Positions 11,336 to 20,837 of a stretch of DNA of 64,000 nucleotides are shown in pieces. A program made the position numbers and the translations under genes. Where the stretch lies: NCBI GenBank assembly GCA_031409655.1, contig JANNXQ010000239.1, positions 1 through 64,000 on the forward strand, read 5' to 3'. Origin of the DNA: Chthoniobacteraceae bacterium (GTDB lineage: Bacteria; Verrucomicrobiota; Verrucomicrobiia; Chthoniobacterales; Chthoniobacteraceae). The notes beneath the pieces were generated by a model. That model had not been told where the DNA came from. It made no database searches and was given only the letters and a program-made list of their open reading frames with translations. Position 1 is the stretch's first letter. Each line of letters starts with the position of its first letter.

Positions 11336-13789
11336 ATGCGAAATGTTTCCGCCCTCATCCTCATCGGATGCCTCTGCCTGCTGCAATCCGCGGCGCGCGC
11401 GCAGTCCTCGGCTGATCCGAGCGATCTGTTTCTGAACGTCTATACGGCGGTCCAACAGGCTGAGCGCTCGGAGGGGCAGGGGAACTTCAAGGCGGCGATG
11501 TCGAGGCTGCAGTATGCGGCGAAGGCGCTCGACCAGATCGCGGCCAAGTATCCGACCTGGCAGCCAGTGGTGGTGGAATTTCGCCGGACCGAAACCGGTA
11601 AAGCAATTCAGAGGGTGCAGGAAAAGCTCGCGAAATTTGGGCCGGGTAAAGAGGGGGAGGTGGGTGGAACGGTGGAGCCGGCACTGCCGGTCGATGATAC
11701 GAAGCTTCTCTTTACGCCGCCGGCGGAGGCAGCACCCGCGCCGGTTCCCATGCCGGACAGTCCAGCGGGACAACGGCCGTCCGGAGGGAGCGCGAGTTCA
11801 GGGAATCCGATTCGTGAAATCGAAGATCGGATGGATCGGCTGCAACGGGACCTCGGGAAGGCGCAGGAAGACTTGTCCAAATCGGAGGTGGAAAAGAGGC
11901 GGCTCGCGAAGGAACTCGAAGCGGCGGTGAAGGCCCGTGAGACCTCGGAGAGCAAGCAGCAACTCTTGCAGCAGCGCGCCGATCGCGCGGAGCAGGCGTT
12001 GATGGAGGCACTTTCCAAAGGCGACAATAATTCGGACGCGGTGAAGACGCTGCAAGCGCAGCTCGACAAGGCGAAGCGGCAACTGCGTGACGTGACGATC
12101 GACGGCGAAGCGGAGGCGGAGTTTCGCCAGCAGCTCAGCGATCGGCTAAAGTCTGCGCAGACGAAGATCGTGACTTTGATCGAGCAGCGCGACGCCGCGC
12201 AGAAGCTCACGACAGACACGCCCACGAAGATCGCGGGGATCCAGAAGGAGCTCGATAAGGCGCGGAAGGAAAAGGAAGATGTGCTCGCGCGCCTGACCAA
12301 GACGGAGACGCAACTGGCCGATGTGACCAAGCAGCGCGACGATGCGCTTCAGCAGATCGTGAAGATGAAGGAGGCGCAAAAGCAGGTGGACAAGCTCGTC
12401 GCCGAGAATGCGGACCTCATGACGAAGCTCACGGAGGCCGAGAAGAGCATCAAAGTTTTCAGGGCGGATGGTGTCGAGAAGGACAAGCAGATCGCCTCTC
12501 TCAAGGGCGAACTGGCCGACACGAAGAAGCAGCTTTCCAGCGCCAAGGAGCAGAGCGCCGATTACCAACGGCAGATGGCGGATCTCCAGACCAAGCTCGA
12601 CGAGCGCGGCAAGGAGCTCGCGAAGCTGAAGTCCGACAGCGCTGCCGGGGCCGAAGAGCGGAAGAAGCTGGAGGGCGAAAATCTCATCCTGCGCGGCATC
12701 GTGCTCCGCCAGCAGCGCGAGCAGGCGCGGCGCGACCAGACGCGGAAGCTGGTGCTCGGGGAACTCGCGAAGCTGGAGATCAAATCGAAATCGCTGATCA
12801 GCCAGATCGATTACCTGGGGCAGCCCGTGGTCCAGCTCTCGGCCAAAGAGCGCGCGCTTTTTAAACAGCCCGAACTCCAGATCAGCGACACGGAAATCTC
12901 CGTGGCCGCTGCGCAACCGGATGAACCGACGATGCTCGAAAAGGCCGCGCCGCCTGTGGAAACGCCTGCCGCGGCAAAGTCGGCGCCGATGCCGAAGCCC
13001 GATGATTCGCGGCCCACGCCCAAGCCTGCGGACGAACCGAAGACCACGACGCCGCAGGAAACGCCACCGCTTCCCCCGGTGCCAGCCGAGGAGCCGCCGA
13101 CACAGTTGGCGAAAAATACCGAGCCGACCATGCCGACGAAATCCCCGAGTGGAGATTCATCGGCGGCGAAAAAAACGGCAGATCCCAGCGGACCGACGCC
13201 GCCCGCGCCCGGCACGAGCAACACGCCGAATGTCCCGCCGGAACTCCTGCCGCTCGCGCGTGAAGGCAAGGAGCAGTTTGAACAGGGCAACTACCGCGAC
13301 GCGGAAAAAATCTACGAGCGCGTCCTGGCGAAGGCTCCGAACAATCTCTACATCCTCTCGAATCTCGGGGTCGTTCGCTTCCGCGCGGGCAAGCTGAAAC
13401 TCGCGGAGGAGGCATTGAAAAAGGCGACGCAGATCGCGCCGGAAGACGCCTTCTCCCACACCACGCTGGGCATTGTTTATTACAGCCAAGCCAAGTATGA
13501 CGACGCGGTCAATGAGCTGACGAAAGCCGTCGCCATCCAGCCGAAGAACGCCACTGCGCACAACTACCTCGGCATCACCGCGAGCCAGAAGGGCTGGCAG
13601 GAATCCGCGCAGAAGGAGCTCGAAACCGCCTGCGCGCTCGACCCGACTTATGCGGACGCGCATTTCAATCTTGCCGTCGTCTTCGCCACCCAGACCCCGC
13701 CGAACAAGGAAGAAGCGAAGAAGTATTACAAAAAAGCCATCGAACTCGGGGCCGATCCCGACAGCTCGCTCGAAGGCCTGATCAAGTAA
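11336..13789 (+). CDS. Secreted coiled-coil + Pro-rich linker + C-terminal TPR protein
   Basis: Signal peptide MRNVSALILIGCLCLLQSAARA, long coiled coil, several TPRs (AHNYLGI, AHFNLAV); start set to ATG 11336. Confidence 0.82.
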   Translation: MRNVSALILIGCLCLLQSAARAQSSADPSDLFLNVYTAVQQAERSEGQGNFKAAMSRLQYAAKALDQIAAKYPTWQPVVVEFRRTETGKAIQRVQEKLAKFGPGKEGEVGGTVEPALPVDDTKLLFTPPAEAAPAPVPMPDSPAGQRPSGGSASSGNPIREIEDRMDRLQRDLGKAQEDLSKSEVEKRRLAKELEAAVKARETSESKQQLLQQRADRAEQALMEALSKGDNNSDAVKTLQAQLDKAKRQLRDVTIDGEAEAEFRQQLSDRLKSAQTKIVTLIEQRDAAQKLTTDTPTKIAGIQKELDKARKEKEDVLARLTKTETQLADVTKQRDDALQQIVKMKEAQKQVDKLVAENADLMTKLTEAEKSIKVFRADGVEKDKQIASLKGELADTKKQLSSAKEQSADYQRQMADLQTKLDERGKELAKLKSDSAAGAEERKKLEGENLILRGIVLRQQREQARRDQTRKLVLGELAKLEIKSKSLISQIDYLGQPVVQLSAKERALFKQPELQISDTEISVAAAQPDEPTMLEKAAPPVETPAAAKSAPMPKPDDSRPTPKPADEPKTTTPQETPPLPPVPAEEPPTQLAKNTEPTMPTKSPSGDSSAAKKTADPSGPTPPAPGTSNTPNVPPELLPLAREGKEQFEQGNYRDAEKIYERVLAKAPNNLYILSNLGVVRFRAGKLKLAEEALKKATQIAPEDAFSHTTLGIVYYSQAKYDDAVNELTKAVAIQPKNATAHNYLGITASQKGWQESAQKELETACALDPTYADAHFNLAVVFATQTPPNKEEAKKYYKKAIELGADPDSSLEGLIK

Positions 13790-13907
13790 CGCCTGCCGGC
13801 ACTTGGAGACGGCGCCGGATTCCGGCCTGCTCGCCTTTGCCAATCGTTCAGCGGGGCTAAACTTCCGTTTTACACCCCGGACCCTTTCCTCCATATTCCG
13901 CGCCCTC

Positions 13908-14423
13908 ATGCTCCCTGTTGCCATCAATATCCTCCTCGCGATCCACGTGCTGGTGTCGCTTTTCATCGTGCTTCTTGTGTTGATGCAGCGGCCAAAGAAT
14001 GAGGGCCTCGGAGCGGCCTTTGGCGGCGGCATGACGGACAACCTTTTCGGCGCGCAGACCACGAATGTACTGCAGACGATGACGCGCTGGCTCGGCGGAC
14101 TTTTCTTTGCGCTGACGTTGCTGCTCTCCTTTCTCTATGTGAAGCAGACCGCGCAGAAGAGCGGCGTGCAACAGCGCCTGAGCGAAGCGCCTGCCGTGGT
14201 GCCAGCGACGCCGCCGACCGCCGCGAGCGAGCCGGTGCAAGTCGGCGACGTTCCCGCGGTTCCCGCCCCTGACGCCAAGACCACTCCTGCTCCCGCTGAC
14301 GGCGCCAAGCCAGCAGAACCCGCGAAGCCCGATGCCGTGACGCCAGTCCTCGCCCCCGCTCCCGAAGCTCCTGCCGCGAAGCCGGTCGACGCCCCGGCCC
14401 CGGCGGAGCCGCCGAAGAACTGA
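13908..14423 (+). CDS. secG: Preprotein translocase subunit SecG
   Basis: LVLMQRPKNEGLGAAFGGG motif, two TMs, Pro/Ala-rich tail. Confidence 0.95.
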   Translation: MLPVAINILLAIHVLVSLFIVLLVLMQRPKNEGLGAAFGGGMTDNLFGAQTTNVLQTMTRWLGGLFFALTLLLSFLYVKQTAQKSGVQQRLSEAPAVVPATPPTAASEPVQVGDVPAVPAPDAKTTPAPADGAKPAEPAKPDAVTPVLAPAPEAPAAKPVDAPAPAEPPKN

Positions 14424-14427
14424 GCCC

Positions 14428-14557
14428 CCGGGAGCGCCGCCGTCCTCGTGCGGCAATCCCCACATCGCGCGCAGCGCCTGAAGATTCGGCTTGGATGCGG
14501 CGAAGTTGGCGCTTCGCGGGTTGTTTGGTTTGCCCCACTGGACGGCTGCGCTCCCGG
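14428..14557. repeat. REPIN/MITE-like palindromic element, family GGGAGCGCCGCCGTCC, copy 1
   Basis: CCGGGAGCGCCGCCGTCC...GGACGGCTGCGCTCCCGG arms with internal CGCGCAGCGCC; homologous to 28688 and 51025. Confidence 0.8.
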
Positions 14558-14608
14558 CGTTGATCCCCTTGGACGGCGCGCATTTTTTGTGCAGATTCAC
14601 GGCTCGTT

Positions 14609-16201
14609 TTGCAAAGCACCCTTACTCGCACCCTTCTCGCCTCGCTTTTTGCGGCGCTCCTCGCTGGCTGCGGGCGGGTGCCGGATCGCGCGGATCTCGT
14701 CTTCATCAATGGCGCTGAATCCGAGCCGCTCGACCCACCGCTGATCACCGCGCAGGCCACGAGCCGCCTCGGTTACGCGGTCTTCGAAGGCCTCACCACC
14801 TTCGACCAAACGGGCACTGCCCAGCCGGGCGTCGCGGAGCGCTGGGAGGTCTCGCCGGACGGCTTGCGCTACACCTTTCATCTCCGCAAAGAGGCCTGCT
14901 GGAGCAATGGCGATCCGATCACGGCGGAGGACTTCGTTTACTCCTGGCGGCGCACAGCATCGCCGGAAACCGCCAGCGAATACGTGGGGCAGCTCCACTA
15001 CATTCGGGGCGTCCGCGACTTCAGCGAAGGCAAGCTCAAGGACTGGAGCGCGTGCGGGGTGAAGGCGCTCGATCCCGCCACGCTCGAGATCACGCTGGAA
15101 AATCCCACCTCGTTTTTCCTCGATCTCTGCGCCTTCTCCACCCTGCTTCCGGTGCATCGCGCGACGGTCGAGAAATACAGCGACTGGTCCACGAACCCTG
15201 CGCATCACATGGGCAACGGCGCCTTCATGCTCAAGGAATGGCGGCTCTTTGATCGCATCCGCATCGTGAAAAATCCGCGCTACTGGAATGCCGCCAAAGT
15301 CGCGCTGCAGAGTGTCGATGTCCTCCCGGCCGGCCGGCCGATGACGGCCTTCAATCTCTACGCCACCGGCGTCGCCGATCTCATGATGGACAAAGGCCTC
15401 GCGCCGACTTCGCTGATGCATGAGTTGAAGAAGCGCCCCGATTTCCACGCCGCACCTTTCCTCGGAAACTACTTCTTCCGCTTTAATTGCTCGCGAAAGC
15501 CTTTCAATGATTCGCGCGTGCGTCGCGCTTTCTGCCTGGCAGTGGACCGGGCGCACCTCACCGAATCCATCAGCCGCGCTGGGGAAGTGCCGGCTACGAG
15601 CTTTGTGCCGCCGGGGGCGGGCGGCGGATATCAGCCGCCGCCTGGTTACGAGCGTGATCCGGATCTGGCGAGAAAACTCCTCGCTGAAGCGGGCTTTCCG
15701 GGCGGCAAAGGCTTCCCGCTTTTCGCCTATCTCTACCGCGCGGATTCCGAACTCGATCAAGACATCGCCGTCGAACTCCAGGGCATCTTTCAGCGTGAAC
15801 TCGGCGTGAACATGCAACTCACCCGGCAGGAATGGACCGTGTATCTGAACACGCAGGTCGCGCTCGACTACGACCTCTGCCGCTCGTCGTGGGTCGGCGA
15901 TTACAACGATCCGAATACCTTCCTCGACATGTTCATCACCGACGGCGGCAATAACCGCACAGGATGGAGCCATAAGGAATACGACGCCTTCATCACCGCG
16001 GCCGGGCGCGAAGTGGACAATGCGAAACGCTTCGAGATCTTCCGGCAGGCGGAGAAAATCCTCGTCACTGACGAAGCGCCGATCTGCCCTCTCTACTATT
16101 ACGTCGGCATCCAATTCTACGACCCCGAGCGCCTCGGCGGCATCGAGCCCAACCTGCTCGACGAGCATCCGCTCAAGGCGATGTATTGGAAAAAGCGCTG
16201 A
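14609..16201 (+). CDS. Peptide ABC transporter substrate-binding lipoprotein (OppA family)
   Basis: Lipobox LLAGC; PGVAERWEVSPDGLRYTFHLRK; WVGDYNDPNTFLDMF. Confidence 0.92.
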   Translation: MQSTLTRTLLASLFAALLAGCGRVPDRADLVFINGAESEPLDPPLITAQATSRLGYAVFEGLTTFDQTGTAQPGVAERWEVSPDGLRYTFHLRKEACWSNGDPITAEDFVYSWRRTASPETASEYVGQLHYIRGVRDFSEGKLKDWSACGVKALDPATLEITLENPTSFFLDLCAFSTLLPVHRATVEKYSDWSTNPAHHMGNGAFMLKEWRLFDRIRIVKNPRYWNAAKVALQSVDVLPAGRPMTAFNLYATGVADLMMDKGLAPTSLMHELKKRPDFHAAPFLGNYFFRFNCSRKPFNDSRVRRAFCLAVDRAHLTESISRAGEVPATSFVPPGAGGGYQPPPGYERDPDLARKLLAEAGFPGGKGFPLFAYLYRADSELDQDIAVELQGIFQRELGVNMQLTRQEWTVYLNTQVALDYDLCRSSWVGDYNDPNTFLDMFITDGGNNRTGWSHKEYDAFITAAGREVDNAKRFEIFRQAEKILVTDEAPICPLYYYVGIQFYDPERLGGIEPNLLDEHPLKAMYWKKR

Positions 16202-16296
16202 TGCCAGTCACGGTGATGCGTGTATGGGAAGCGGATCGGCAGCTTGCCAAAGCGCCGGGCAAAAAAATTGCGCACCCATCTCGTTTCGCGGCGCAG

Positions 16297-16331
16297 CCGC
16301 TTTGGAGTGCGGCGCGTCCTCGCGCCGCTTT
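16297..16331. repeat. Solitary REP-like palindrome (TTTGGAGTGCGGCGCG-TCCT-CGCGCCGCTTT)
   Basis: GC-rich hairpin with GGAGTG foot in an intergenic spacer; single copy in this window. Confidence 0.5.
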
Positions 16332-16373
16332 ATTCACGCGGCCGCCAGTCAACGGTGCTCTGGCTCACGCGTG

Positions 16374-18386
16374 ATGGACCGCCTCGCCTACATTCTCTAC
16401 CGGATCGTTTCCGCGGTGATCCGCGCGCTCCCGCTGGCCGCCGGCTACAGGTGCGGCTACGCGCTCGGCACAGTGGCGTGGCACCTCGCGCTGCCCTATC
16501 GCCGGCTCGTCCGGGAGAATCTCCGCATCGCCTTTGGCCAGGAAAAATCGGAGTCGGAAACCGAAACGATCGCAAAGGCGCACTTCGCCATGCTCGGCGC
16601 GAATCTCTTCGCGAGCCTCAAGCTGCCAACCCTTTCTCGTGCGGAGATTGAAAGCGTCGTCACTGTCGAAGGCCTCGATCACATGGACGCTCAGATCGCC
16701 GCGCGCGGCGGTTTTGTCTTCGTCATCAGCCACATCGGAAACTGGGAAATGTTCGCCCAGCTCACGCCCTACATTTTCAAGTGCAAGACCGGCACGATCT
16801 ATCAGCGACTCGGGAATCCGTATCTCGATGCGGAAGTGCGCCGCTCGCGGGCCCGGCTCGGCATGGAGCTTTTCGAGCGGAAAGAGGGCTTCGTCGCTGC
16901 TTCCAAATTTCTGCGCGAAGGTGGAGCCGTCGGAGTGCTCGTCGATCAGCACGCAGGCGATGCCGGGCTGTGGTGTCCATTTTTCCGACGCCTCGCCTCG
17001 ACCAGCACGCTGGCCGCCACGCTCGGGCTGCGCACCGGCGCAAAGCTGATTCCTGCCGCGGTGTACAATGATGGCGCCGCCCGCTGGCGCATCGTCCTCC
17101 AGGCGCCGATGCCCACCAAGGACGCGACCGCCGAGTCGATCACCGTGCGGATCAACGAAGTCCTCGAAGCGCAAATCCGCCTGCAGCCCGAGGACTGGTT
17201 CTGGGTTCACAACCGTTGGAAAACACCGCGCCCGAAGTTTCTCCTGGCGACTTACAAGCGCGGGGTGGCCGGGGTAACTGATGTGCATAGTGACTCGGGA
17301 ATCGTAGATGGAGGCGGAGTGTCCGCACCCGATTCACCATTCACCAGTCACGATTCACTCTCCCCCTTCCGCATCTTGATTCGCGCGAGCAACTGGCTCG
17401 GCGACGCGGTGATGACTGTGCCCGCGGTGCGCGCCATCAAGGCCGGACGGCCCGATGCGCGCGTCACGATTCTTACGCAGGAGAAGCTTGCCGACTTTTG
17501 GCGAAGTGTCGCCGAGGTGGAGGAAGTCATCGGCATCGCCGCGGCAGAGACGGTCTTTGACGTTGCGCGCAAGCTGCGGGGAAAATTTGACGTCGCGATC
17601 CTTTTCCCAAACTCGTTGCGCACCGCCCTGGAAGTGTGGCTCGCTGGCATTCCCCGCCGCGTCGGCTCCCCGGGCCATCACCGCACTCGGCTGCTCAATC
17701 AGGTCTTCATCCCGAAGCGAAAGACCCCGGTGCCACGGCCTCGCCATCAGGTTCACGACTACCTCGCACTTGCCGAGTTCGTCGGCGCTGAAGTGAATGG
17801 TGACTTGGGAATCGTGAATGGGCGCGTGCCTTCCATCCACCAATCACCAGTCACCATTCACGACTGTCGCCCCCCCACCATCGGCCTCTGCGCTGGAGCC
17901 GAGTACGGTCCCACGAAACGCTGGATGCCCGAGCGTTTCGCCGAAGTCGTGAGCGCCGTCCGCGCTCGCACCGGCTGCGAGTGGAAGCTCTTCGGCGTCG
18001 ATAGGGATCTCCCGATCACGGACCAAATCCTGATGGCAGCAGGTGGCCCGCTGCGCTCGTTCGTAGGGCAGACCACGCTCGCCCAACTCATGGATGAACT
18101 GCGCACCTGCGACCTCCTCCTGACCAATGACACCGGCAGCATGCACCTCGCCGCGCACCTCGGCGTGCCGACCGTCGCGCTCTTCGGCTCCACCGAGCCG
18201 TCGCTCACCGGCCCGCTCGGCCCTGGCCATCGCATCGTGCGCCATCACGTCGATTGCAGTCCGTGCTTCCTGCGCGAGTGCCCGCGCGATTTTCGCTGCA
18301 TGAAGGCGATCACGTCGAGCGAGGTGATCGTCGCCGTCGAAAACGCACTCCGCGAAAAGACGGTTATTGGTTCCTTCGCATCGTGA
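16374..18386 (+). CDS. Fused lipid A late acyltransferase (LpxL-like) + LPS heptosyltransferase II (WaaF, GT9)
   Basis: N-domain SHIGNWE, LVDQHAG, DWFWVHNRWK; C-domain NWLGDAVM, GAEYGPTKRW, TNDTGSMHLAA; one uninterrupted ORF. Confidence 0.9.
   Translation: MDRLAYILYRIVSAVIRALPLAAGYRCGYALGTVAWHLALPYRRLVRENLRIAFGQEKSESETETIAKAHFAMLGANLFASLKLPTLSRAEIESVVTVEGLDHMDAQIAARGGFVFVISHIGNWEMFAQLTPYIFKCKTGTIYQRLGNPYLDAEVRRSRARLGMELFERKEGFVAASKFLREGGAVGVLVDQHAGDAGLWCPFFRRLASTSTLAATLGLRTGAKLIPAAVYNDGAARWRIVLQAPMPTKDATAESITVRINEVLEAQIRLQPEDWFWVHNRWKTPRPKFLLATYKRGVAGVTDVHSDSGIVDGGGVSAPDSPFTSHDSLSPFRILIRASNWLGDAVMTVPAVRAIKAGRPDARVTILTQEKLADFWRSVAEVEEVIGIAAAETVFDVARKLRGKFDVAILFPNSLRTALEVWLAGIPRRVGSPGHHRTRLLNQVFIPKRKTPVPRPRHQVHDYLALAEFVGAEVNGDLGIVNGRVPSIHQSPVTIHDCRPPTIGLCAGAEYGPTKRWMPERFAEVVSAVRARTGCEWKLFGVDRDLPITDQILMAAGGPLRSFVGQTTLAQLMDELRTCDLLLTNDTGSMHLAAHLGVPTVALFGSTEPSLTGPLGPGHRIVRHHVDCSPCFLRECPRDFRCMKAITSSEVIVAVENALREKTVIGSFAS
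17283..17358. repeat. Inverted heptamer-array hairpin B (GTGAATG / CATTCAC type), in-frame in the LpxL-WaaF linker
   Basis: GTGCATA GTGACTC GGGAATC GTAGATG ... GATTCAC CATTCAC CAGTCAC GATTCAC. Confidence 0.85.
17793..17861. repeat. Inverted heptamer-array hairpin C, in-frame in the WaaF inter-domain linker
   Basis: GTGAATG GTGACTT GGGAATC GTGAATG ... CATCCAC CAATCAC CAGTCAC CATTCAC. Confidence 0.88.
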
Positions 18387-18446
18387 TCCACTTGTAGTCT
18401 CCGCGGTCGAACGAACTCGCGCCCCGCCTGTCGAATCCCCGCCTTT

Positions 18447-19433
18447 ATGTCCCAAACCCAGGAACTCACCGACAAAGTCAAAGCCCAGAGCCATTGGATC
18501 AAACCGTTGCAGGATGAAATCTCCCGCGTCGTCGTGGGGCAGCGCTACCTTGTGGATGGGCTGCTCGTCGGCTTGCTCACGAATGGGCATATCCTGCTGG
18601 AAGGCGTGCCGGGGCTGGCGAAGACGCTGACCGTCAAGACGCTGGCGAACTGCATCAATACGGGATTCAGCCGCCTCCAGTTCACGCCCGATCTGCTGCC
18701 GGCGGATCTCATCGGCACGCTCATCTACAATCCGCGCAGCGGGGAATTCACGACAAAGAAGGGGCCGCTCTTTTCCAATCTCATCCTTGCGGATGAGATC
18801 AACCGCGCGCCGGCCAAGGTGCAGAGCGCGCTGCTCGAGGCGATGCAGGAGCGGCAGGTGACGATCGGCGATACCACGTATCCGCTGCCCGATCCCTTCC
18901 TCGTCCTCGCGACGCAAAATCCGCTCGAACAAGAGGGCACCTACCAGCTCCCCGAAGCGCAGCTCGACCGCTTCATGCTCAAGCTCAAGGTCGGCTACCC
19001 GAGCAAATCCGAGGAGCGGCAGATCCTCGACCTGATGGCTACGAGCGCACCGAATCTCAAGGTGCTGCCGATGCTCGATCCGGCGGACATTCTCCGCTCC
19101 CGCGAACTGGTGAACTCGATCTACGTGGATGATCGGGTGAAGGATTACATCGTGGATGTGGTCTTCGCGACGCGTGATCCGAAAGCTTACAAGCTCAAGC
19201 TCGAAGGCATGATCCGCTACGGCGCGAGCCCGCGCGCGACGATCAATCTCACCCTCGCCGCCCGCGCCCGCGCCTTCATGGCGGGCCGCGGCTACGTGAC
19301 GCCGCAGGATATCAAGAGCGTGGGACCGGATGTGCTCCGCCACCGCATCATCGTCAGCTACGAAGCGGAAGCGGAGGAGGTGACGAGCGAGCAGATTATC
19401 GAGACCATCTTTAATGGGCTGGCGGTGCCGTGA
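18447..19433 (+). CDS. moxR: MoxR-family AAA+ ATPase
   Basis: LLEGVPGLAKT, RLQFTPDLLPAD, DEINRAPAKVQSALLEAMQERQVT, GASPRA. Confidence 0.96.
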   Translation: MSQTQELTDKVKAQSHWIKPLQDEISRVVVGQRYLVDGLLVGLLTNGHILLEGVPGLAKTLTVKTLANCINTGFSRLQFTPDLLPADLIGTLIYNPRSGEFTTKKGPLFSNLILADEINRAPAKVQSALLEAMQERQVTIGDTTYPLPDPFLVLATQNPLEQEGTYQLPEAQLDRFMLKLKVGYPSKSEERQILDLMATSAPNLKVLPMLDPADILRSRELVNSIYVDDRVKDYIVDVVFATRDPKAYKLKLEGMIRYGASPRATINLTLAARARAFMAGRGYVTPQDIKSVGPDVLRHRIIVSYEAEAEEVTSEQIIETIFNGLAVP

Positions 19434-19444
19434 GGTGGGGCTGC

Positions 19445-19926
19445 GTGATTGGTGATCGGTGAATGGTGATTGGTATGGCCGTTGCAAAATCGTTTCGTGA
19501 CTTGAATGTCTACCGCCTTGCGCGGGAAGCGGCGCAGGAGGTTTTTCGCGTTTCCAAGGCGTTTCCAAAGGAGGAGCGGTTTTCGCTCACGGATCAGATT
19601 CGGCGCAGCTCGCGAGCGGTGAATGCCATGATCGCCGAAGCCTGGGCGCGGCGGCGCTACAAGGCGGCATTCATCAACAAGATCGACGAGGCCCTAGGGG
19701 AAGCGATGGAGACGCAGGCGTGGCTAGACCATGCTCTGGATGCCGAATACCTGACGCAGCAGAATTTTGCGAAGCTGGATGCAAATTGTCGTTCCGTCAG
19801 TGCCATGCTCGCGCGCATGATCGATCGCGCTGCGGACTTCTGCAAAAACGCATCGGATACGGACTACCGCGCGCTGGCGGCAGGCGACGCTGAACCACCA
19901 ATCACCACTCACTAATCACCAATCAC
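19445..19926. mobile_element. Putative inserted element D: four-helix-bundle gene bracketed by inverted 4x7-bp arrays
   Basis: Left 19445-19472 GTGATTG GTGATCG GTGAATG GTGATTG; right 19899-19926 CAATCAC CACTCAC TAATCAC CAATCAC; separates moxR and DUF58, which are usually adjacent. Mobility is inferred. Confidence 0.6.
19475..19915 (+). CDS. Four helix bundle protein (23S rRNA intervening-sequence protein family)
   Basis: SFRDLNVYR, FPKEERFSLTDQIRRSSRAV, IAEAW, EAMETQAWL motifs; alternative ATG at 19463. Confidence 0.93.
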   Translation: MAVAKSFRDLNVYRLAREAAQEVFRVSKAFPKEERFSLTDQIRRSSRAVNAMIAEAWARRRYKAAFINKIDEALGEAMETQAWLDHALDAEYLTQQNFAKLDANCRSVSAMLARMIDRAADFCKNASDTDYRALAAGDAEPPITTH

Positions 19927-19934
19927 ATTCCCGA

Positions 19935-20837
19935 ATGGAATCCGCCCGCGAAATCCTGAAGAAGATCCGCCGCCTCGAGCTGAAAACTCGCGGGATGGTC
20001 GAGGCTGCTTTCGCGGGGCAGTATCGCAGCGTCTTCAAGGGACGCGGGATGAACTTTGATGAGGTGCGCGAGTATCAGCCGGGGGATGAAGTGCGGACGA
20101 TTGATTGGAATGTGACGGCGCGCCTCGGCGAGGTGCGCGGCGAGGCTTACGTGAAAAAGTTCACCGAAGAGCGCGAGCTCACGGTGATGCTCATCGTCGA
20201 TGTGAGCGCGTCGGGGGATTTCGGGAGCGTGAATCTGAGCAAGCGCGAACTGGCCGCGGAAGTGGCGTGTCTGCTGGCCTTCAGCGCCATTCGCAATAAC
20301 GACAAAGTCGGGCTCTTACTTTTTTCGGATCATGTCGAACTCTTCATCGCTCCGAAAAAAGGCCGCATTCACACGCTCCGGCTCATTCGCGAGATTTTAT
20401 TCTTCGAGCCGGAAGGGCGGGGGACCGAGCCGGCGCTCGCACTCGATTTCCTGAACCGGGTCCTGCATCGCCGTTCCGTGGTATTCCTGATCTCGGATTT
20501 TCAGGCACCCGATTTTTCCAAGCAGCTCGCGATCACCGGACGGCGGCACGACTTGATCGCCATCCCGATCGTCGATCCGCGCGAGGAGGAGTTGCCCGAT
20601 GTCGGACGCGTGACCTTTGAGGACGCGGAGACCGGGGAGCAGATCGAAATAAATACTTCCGACCGGCTGACCCGGCTGAGGTATGAGCAAACTTTCGGCA
20701 TGCTGGCCGATGACCGCATGCGCGATTTCCGGCGCAAGCGCGTCGATACGATTTCGCTCAAGACCGACGTGGATTACCTCCCGGCCTTGCGTAATTTTTT
20801 CCGCGTCCGCGAACGGAGGCTCCAGCTCCGCGCATGA
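19935..20837 (+). CDS. DUF58 protein (MoxR-associated)
   Basis: FKGRGMNFDEVREYQPGDEVRTIDWNVTAR, VDVSAS, VFLISDF. Confidence 0.95.
   Translation: MESAREILKKIRRLELKTRGMVEAAFAGQYRSVFKGRGMNFDEVREYQPGDEVRTIDWNVTARLGEVRGEAYVKKFTEERELTVMLIVDVSASGDFGSVNLSKRELAAEVACLLAFSAIRNNDKVGLLLFSDHVELFIAPKKGRIHTLRLIREILFFEPEGRGTEPALALDFLNRVLHRRSVVFLISDFQAPDFSKQLAITGRRHDLIAIPIVDPREEELPDVGRVTFEDAETGEQIEINTSDRLTRLRYEQTFGMLADDRMRDFRRKRVDTISLKTDVDYLPALRNFFRVRERRLQLRA

Noticed and set aside
19475..19915. Diversity-generating retroelement (Avd-like gene)
   Set aside because: No reverse transcriptase and no template/variable repeat pair were seen in the window.
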